NCBI GenBank assembly: GCA_963668645.2
Contig: CAXXWC010000013.1
Location: 224,001 to 288,000, forward strand
From: Desulfobacterales bacterium
Lineage (GTDB): Bacteria; Desulfobacterota; Desulfobacteria; Desulfobacterales; UBA2174
Reading direction: 5' to 3'
DNA length: 64,000 bases
In this document: positions 59,454-64,000 of the stretch, in pieces
Position numbering within the stretch: the stretch's first letter is position 1
Layout: each line of letters starts with the position of its first letter
Notes under the pieces: model-generated
What the model saw: the letters and a program-made list of their open reading frames with translations, nothing else
Database searches by the model: none
What the model was told of the DNA's origin: nothing
Made by a program: the position numbers and the translations under genes

Positions 59454-59990
59454 ATGACCGCTTCAGCACCAAAAATCCTGATTCTGGGGGTCGGCAACAT
59501 CCTGTACACCGATGAAGGATTCGGCATCCGGGTCATCGAACGGATCCAAAAATGGTATGATCTTCCGGACAACGTCAACGCCGTTGACGGCGGAGTCCTG
59601 GGGGTTCACCTGATGGGGGTGATTTCCCAGGCGGACCACCTCATCGTGGTGGACATCATCCGCAACAACGGCCGTCCCGGAGATCTTCACCGGCTGGCTG
59701 GCGACGAGATCCCGGGCCGTATCCGGGCCAAGAACTCACTGCACCAGATCGATTTTCTCGAAGCCCTGACCCTCTGCCAGGCCCTGGACAAGGTGCCCGA
59801 AACCGTCATCGTGGGACCCGAGCCCGAGGACATGGAGACCCTGGCCATCGGGTTAACTGCTACTCTCGAAAGCCGGGTGGAGGCGACCGTCGCCATGGTT
59901 TCGGCCGAACTCGAGCGTCTCGGTGTTCATCTGCAAAAAAGGACTTGTGCCCATGTGCCTGGCGATACCTTCCCGCATTACGAAAATTGA
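59454..59990 (+). CDS. Hydrogenase maturation protease (HyaD/HupD family)
   Basis: ILILGVGNILYTDEGFG, VDGG, SLHQ. Confidence 0.93.
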   Translation: MTASAPKILILGVGNILYTDEGFGIRVIERIQKWYDLPDNVNAVDGGVLGVHLMGVISQADHLIVVDIIRNNGRPGDLHRLAGDEIPGRIRAKNSLHQIDFLEALTLCQALDKVPETVIVGPEPEDMETLAIGLTATLESRVEATVAMVSAELERLGVHLQKRTCAHVPGDTFPHYEN

Positions 59991-60192
59991 AAACGATATG
60001 GCCGTCATCGACGCGGACGGGGTCCGGCGCGAGGTGAGTCTCCTGCTGATCGAAGATCCGCGGGTGGGCGAATACGTCATCGTGCATGCCGGGTTCGCCA
60101 TTCGCAAGATCGACGAGGCCGAGGCCGAAGAATCGCTGCAGCTGCTGCGGGAGGCGGCGGCTTTTGCCGCCCTCGGGCCGCAGACGCCCTGA
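59953..60192 (+). CDS. hypC: Hydrogenase maturation chaperone
   Basis: MCLAIP...VGEYVIVHAGFAI. Confidence 0.97.
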   Translation: MCLAIPSRITKIENDMAVIDADGVRREVSLLLIEDPRVGEYVIVHAGFAIRKIDEAEAEESLQLLREAAAFAALGPQTP

Positions 60193-60215
60193 ACGGCCCG
60201 GTGCGCAAACCGGCC

Positions 60216-62498
60216 ATGGCCTCGTGCGACACATCTCAGATCGCCCTTGGCGTAAAGGTGGGCGGCATCGTCCAGGGGGTCGGGTTCAGGCCCTTTGTCT
60301 TCCAGCAGGCCTTGCGGTTGGGTCTCACCGGAGAGGTGGCCAACACCTCCAGCGGGGTTGCGATCCACGTCGAGGGGGCCCGGCAGGCGGTGGCCGCCTT
60401 CGTCGACGCGCTGACCCGGCAGGCGCCGCCCCTGGCGCGGATCACCACGGTGGAGACGGCTGAAGCCGCCCTGCGGTGCCTGGACGCTTTCCGCATCGTC
60501 CACAGCCAGCGGGCTGCGTCCCGGGCCACCCTCATCAGCCCGGACATGGCGGTCTGCGACGATTGCCTGGCCGAGCTTTTCGACCCGGCCGACCGCCGTT
60601 TCGGCTATCCGTTCATCAACTGCACCAACTGCGGTCCGCGCTATACCATCATCGACGATGTCCCCTACGACCGGCCCCATACCAGCATGCGGCGTTTTAC
60701 CATGTGCCCGGAGTGCCAGGCCGAATACGATGACCCGGGCAATCGTCGCTTTCACGCCCAACCCAACGCCTGCGCCCGGTGCGGCCCCCGGGTGAGCCTC
60801 TGCACTCCGGAAGGGCGGGTGTTGAAGGTTGGCGATCCCATCTGCGAGACGGCCCGGCGCCTCATGGCGGGGCGCATCGTGGCCGTCAAGGGGCTGGGCG
60901 GATTTCATCTGGCCTCCGATGCCCTGAATGGGGCTGCGGTGGAACGGCTGCGCCGTCGCAAGCGGCGCGAGGAAAAGCCCTTTGCGCTGATGGCACCGGA
61001 CCTGGAGACTGTCAAGCGCCTGGCGTACGTCGATGCGACCGCCGCGGCCCTTCTTGCTTCAGCTCAGCGACCCATCGTACTGGTACCCCGGCGCCGGGAG
61101 TCTCCCGTTGCCGAGGCGGTGGCCCCGGGCAATCCCAACCTGGGGTTCATGCTGCCCTATACCCCCTTGCACCACCTGCTCCTGCGCCAGGGGTTCACGG
61201 CCCTGGTGATGACCAGCGGCAATCTGAGCGAAGAGCCGATTTGCATCGACAACCAGGAAGCCTTTACCCGCCTGGGCGCCATCGCCGACGATTTTCTGAT
61301 TCACGATCGGGACATCTATCTGCGCGCGGACGATTCCATCCTGCGGCCCATGGCCGCCAAGACGCGCTTCATCCGCCGTTCCCGGGGATATGTACCGGCG
61401 CCGGTCTTTCTCAAAAAATCCCTGCCCCCCATCCTGGCCTGCGGCGCCGGGCTCAAAAACACTGTCTGTCTGGTCCGGGGAAACGAGGCCTTTGTCAGCC
61501 AGCACATCGGCGATCTGGAGAATCGGGCTGCGGCCGATTTCCTCGAACTGACCGTGGGGCACATGGAGCGGATCCTGGACCTGAGTCCGCAGATCGTGGC
61601 CCACGATTTGCACCCGGATTATCTGAGCACGCGTTATGCCCTGGGGCGCAAAGGGGTACGCCGGATCGCCGTGCAGCACCACCATGCGCACATCGCCGGC
61701 GTGATGGCCGAACATGGTCTGGAGGGGCGCCTGATCGGTCTGGCCCTGGACGGCACCGGCTACGGGACCGACGGCGCCATCTGGGGCAGCGAGGTCATGA
61801 TCGCCGAGGCCGCGGCCTTCCAACGGGCGGCGCACCTGGCCTACGTGCCGATGCCCGGAGGCGAGAGCGCCATTCGGGAACCCTGGCGCATGGCGGCCAG
61901 CTACCTCTGGGATGCCTTCGGCCAGGACTGGGCCTGCCTCGATTTGCCCCTTTTCGGCCGGATCGATCCCGAAAAACTCTCGGTGGCCGTGCGCATGGCC
62001 CGCAGCGGCTTCAACGCGCCGCCCACATCCAGCCTGGGACGCCTCTTCGACGGGGTGGCGGCTCTTTGCGGTCTTTACACCCGGGTCAGCTTCGAAGGCC
62101 AGGCGGCCATGGCCCTTGAAGCCGTCGCCGATCCTGCCGCCAGCGATGCATATCCTTTCGAGCGGTCCCCGGCCGTTTCCGGCCCCATCGCGACGGCGCC
62201 GTTGATCCGGGCCGTGGTGGCCGATTTGAGTTGCGGAACGCCGGTCTCGACGGTGGCCGGTCGTTTTCATCAGGCCCTGGTCCGTCTCTTCAGTGAAATC
62301 TGCATCCGGCTGCGGGCCGGAACCGGGCTGGAGCGGGTGGCGCTTTCCGGGGGGGTGTTCCAAAACGCCCTGTTCCTGGAAGGGATGGTGCAATCGCTGG
62401 AAAAGGCGGGCTTTAGCGTGTATACCCCCGAACAGGTGCCGGCCAACGACGGCGGCATCTGTCTGGGCCAGGCCCTGGTCGCCGCCGCCGGCGGCTGA
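60216..62498 (+). CDS. hypF: Carbamoyltransferase HypF
   Basis: VQGVGFRPFV, Zn fingers CTNCGPRY, RRFHAQPNAC, QHHHAH, PANDGG. Confidence 0.98.
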   Translation: MASCDTSQIALGVKVGGIVQGVGFRPFVFQQALRLGLTGEVANTSSGVAIHVEGARQAVAAFVDALTRQAPPLARITTVETAEAALRCLDAFRIVHSQRAASRATLISPDMAVCDDCLAELFDPADRRFGYPFINCTNCGPRYTIIDDVPYDRPHTSMRRFTMCPECQAEYDDPGNRRFHAQPNACARCGPRVSLCTPEGRVLKVGDPICETARRLMAGRIVAVKGLGGFHLASDALNGAAVERLRRRKRREEKPFALMAPDLETVKRLAYVDATAAALLASAQRPIVLVPRRRESPVAEAVAPGNPNLGFMLPYTPLHHLLLRQGFTALVMTSGNLSEEPICIDNQEAFTRLGAIADDFLIHDRDIYLRADDSILRPMAAKTRFIRRSRGYVPAPVFLKKSLPPILACGAGLKNTVCLVRGNEAFVSQHIGDLENRAAADFLELTVGHMERILDLSPQIVAHDLHPDYLSTRYALGRKGVRRIAVQHHHAHIAGVMAEHGLEGRLIGLALDGTGYGTDGAIWGSEVMIAEAAAFQRAAHLAYVPMPGGESAIREPWRMAASYLWDAFGQDWACLDLPLFGRIDPEKLSVAVRMARSGFNAPPTSSLGRLFDGVAALCGLYTRVSFEGQAAMALEAVADPAASDAYPFERSPAVSGPIATAPLIRAVVADLSCGTPVSTVAGRFHQALVRLFSEICIRLRAGTGLERVALSGGVFQNALFLEGMVQSLEKAGFSVYTPEQVPANDGGICLGQALVAAAGG

Positions 62499-62541
62499 AA
62501 GGCCGGGCGGGCTTGGGCGTTTTGATAAAAAGGAAAGTGCA

Positions 62542-63153
62542 ATGGCGCTAGGCACGATGGCCGAAAACCTCCGCCTGCCCCTGACCTGGGCCGGAGCCGT
62601 GCTGGTGGCGGCGCTGCTGCTGCTCAGCAGCGGCCGGTGGGAGGAAACCTGGGGGCTGAGCTCGGTCCTTTTCGCCGCAGGGATGGCCCTGGTGGGCATC
62701 GCTTCTTTGGGAAGACTCTGGTGTGCGCTTTATATCGCCGGCTACAAGGATGATCGGCTGGTCACCGACGGCCCTTACGCCATGTGCCGAAACCCGCTGT
62801 ACCTGTTCAGCTTCATCGGGGCTATCGGCGTCGGTCTGTGCACTGAAACCTTTACGATCGCCGCGATTCTGACGCTCCTGTTCACCGCCGCCTACCCGGC
62901 GGTGATCTGCGGCGAGGAGGCGCGTCTGGCCCGGCACTTCGGCGAGGCCTACCAGGAATACCGGCGGTGCACCCCGGCTTTTTTCCCCAAAATCGGGCTG
63001 CTTCGCGAACCGGCCACCTACCTCGTCAATCCCCGGGTTTTTCGGCGCAGTCTCTTCGACGCCCTCTGGTTCATCTGGATTGTGGGGATTCTGGAGGTCG
63101 TGGAAGAACTGCACCACCTCGGGCTGTTGCCCGTGTTCTGGCGGCTCTATTAG
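62542..63153 (+). CDS. Isoprenylcysteine carboxylmethyltransferase/PEMT family membrane methyltransferase
   Basis: LVTDGPYAMCRNPLY, EEARL..HFGEAYQEY. Confidence 0.85.
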   Translation: MALGTMAENLRLPLTWAGAVLVAALLLLSSGRWEETWGLSSVLFAAGMALVGIASLGRLWCALYIAGYKDDRLVTDGPYAMCRNPLYLFSFIGAIGVGLCTETFTIAAILTLLFTAAYPAVICGEEARLARHFGEAYQEYRRCTPAFFPKIGLLREPATYLVNPRVFRRSLFDALWFIWIVGILEVVEELHHLGLLPVFWRLY

Positions 63154-63173
63154 CCTGCTGTGAGGATTTCAGG

Positions 63174-64000
63174 ATGTCTTTGAAATACGCCGAAGAATAT
63201 CGGGACCCGGTTCTGGCCCGCAGATTGGCGGACCGGATCCGGGGGCGCAGCCGCCGGCCGGTGCGTCTCATGGAGGTCTGCGGCACCCACACGGTCAGCA
63301 TCTTTCGCAGCGGCCTGCGGTCCCTGCTGCCGGAAACCATCACCCTGCTTTCCGGCCCGGGCTGTCCGGTCTGCGTCACGGCCCAGGCCGACATCGACGC
63401 CTTTGTCGCCCTGGCGCGCACCGAAGGGGTCATCGTCACAACTTTCGGCGACCTGATGCGGGTGCCGGGAACGGCCTCCAACCTGCTGCACGAACGCGGC
63501 CGGGGCCGCGACGTGCGAATCGTCTATTCGGCCTTCGACAGCTTGAAGATCGCCCGGGACAATCCCGGACACCAGGTGGTCTTTCTCGCGGTGGGGTTCG
63601 AGACCACGGCGCCCACCGTGGCGGCCACGATCCAGGCGGCGGCGCGGGAAGGGATCGGCAATTTTTCCATTTATCCGGCCCACAAGACCGTTCCGCCGGC
63701 CCTGGCAGCCCTGCTGGCCATGGACGAAGTGGCCGTGGACGGGTTTTTGCTGCCCGGCCATGTGTCGGTGATCATCGGCACCGAGGCCTACCGGCCCCTT
63801 TTCGAAGCCCATCGGGTGCCGAGCGTAGTGGCCGGGTTCGAGCCGGCCGACCTGCTCGGCGCTATCGCCATGCTGGTGGATCAGATCGAGGATGGCGCTC
63901 CCCGGCTGGCCAATGCCTATGAGCGGGTCGTGGCAGCCGGGGGCAACCCCAAGGCCCTGGCCGTGATGGACAGCGTCTTTCACCCCACAGACGCCGTCTG
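63174..64000 (+). CDS. hypD: Hydrogenase formation protein HypD (runs off window)
   Basis: Manual translation: MSLKYAEEYRD...MEVCGTHT...GPGCPVCV...GFETTAP...PGHVS. Confidence 0.97.
   Translation, partial: MSLKYAEEYRDPVLARRLADRIRGRSRRPVRLMEVCGTHTVSIFRSGLRSLLPETITLLSGPGCPVCVTAQADIDAFVALARTEGVIVTTFGDLMRVPGTASNLLHERGRGRDVRIVYSAFDSLKIARDNPGHQVVFLAVGFETTAPTVAATIQAAAREGIGNFSIYPAHKTVPPALAALLAMDEVAVDGFLLPGHVSVIIGTEAYRPLFEAHRVPSVVAGFEPADLLGAIAMLVDQIEDGAPRLANAYERVVAAGGNPKALAVMDSVFHPTDAV

Overview
GC-rich chromosome segment from a sulfate-reducing deltaproteobacterium (Desulfobacterales-like, inferred from aprBA-qmoABC-sat, the split Fo/F1 gene style and a periplasmic [NiFe] hydrogenase). Left to right: the edge of a defence-type island (5' end of type I R-M hsdM and a deleted, frameshifted vapC); housekeeping genes and a peptide ABC transporter; a 12.3-kb minus-strand locus; panC-metK, nadK, livKHMGF, dGTPase and three YkgJ-type proteins; the sulfate-reduction core; two tRNA-Ser; hydrogenase genes; AOR with a polyferredoxin; a decayed 3.8-kb accessory island; and hydrogenase maturation genes. 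The 12.3-kb locus holds an IT-family putative Na+/H+ antiporter, two USPs, a PAS/GAF kinase, a stand-alone receiver, two cytidylate-kinase-like proteins and an Fo-only ATP synthase operon. The decayed island holds DUF2589-like remnants, a ppGalNAc-T-like glycosyltransferase with a poly-G frameshift and a lysozyme::LprI-like chimera. The standout is the Fo-only operon. It encodes a normal Na+-type c subunit plus a four-hairpin c subunit in which three of four ion-binding carboxylates are replaced by Gln, while the two outward-facing half-sites are preserved. This suggests a regulated, low-stoichiometry hybrid Na+ rotor that may dock onto an F1 encoded elsewhere. All family calls come from motif recognition; no database search was run, so novelty is not verified.
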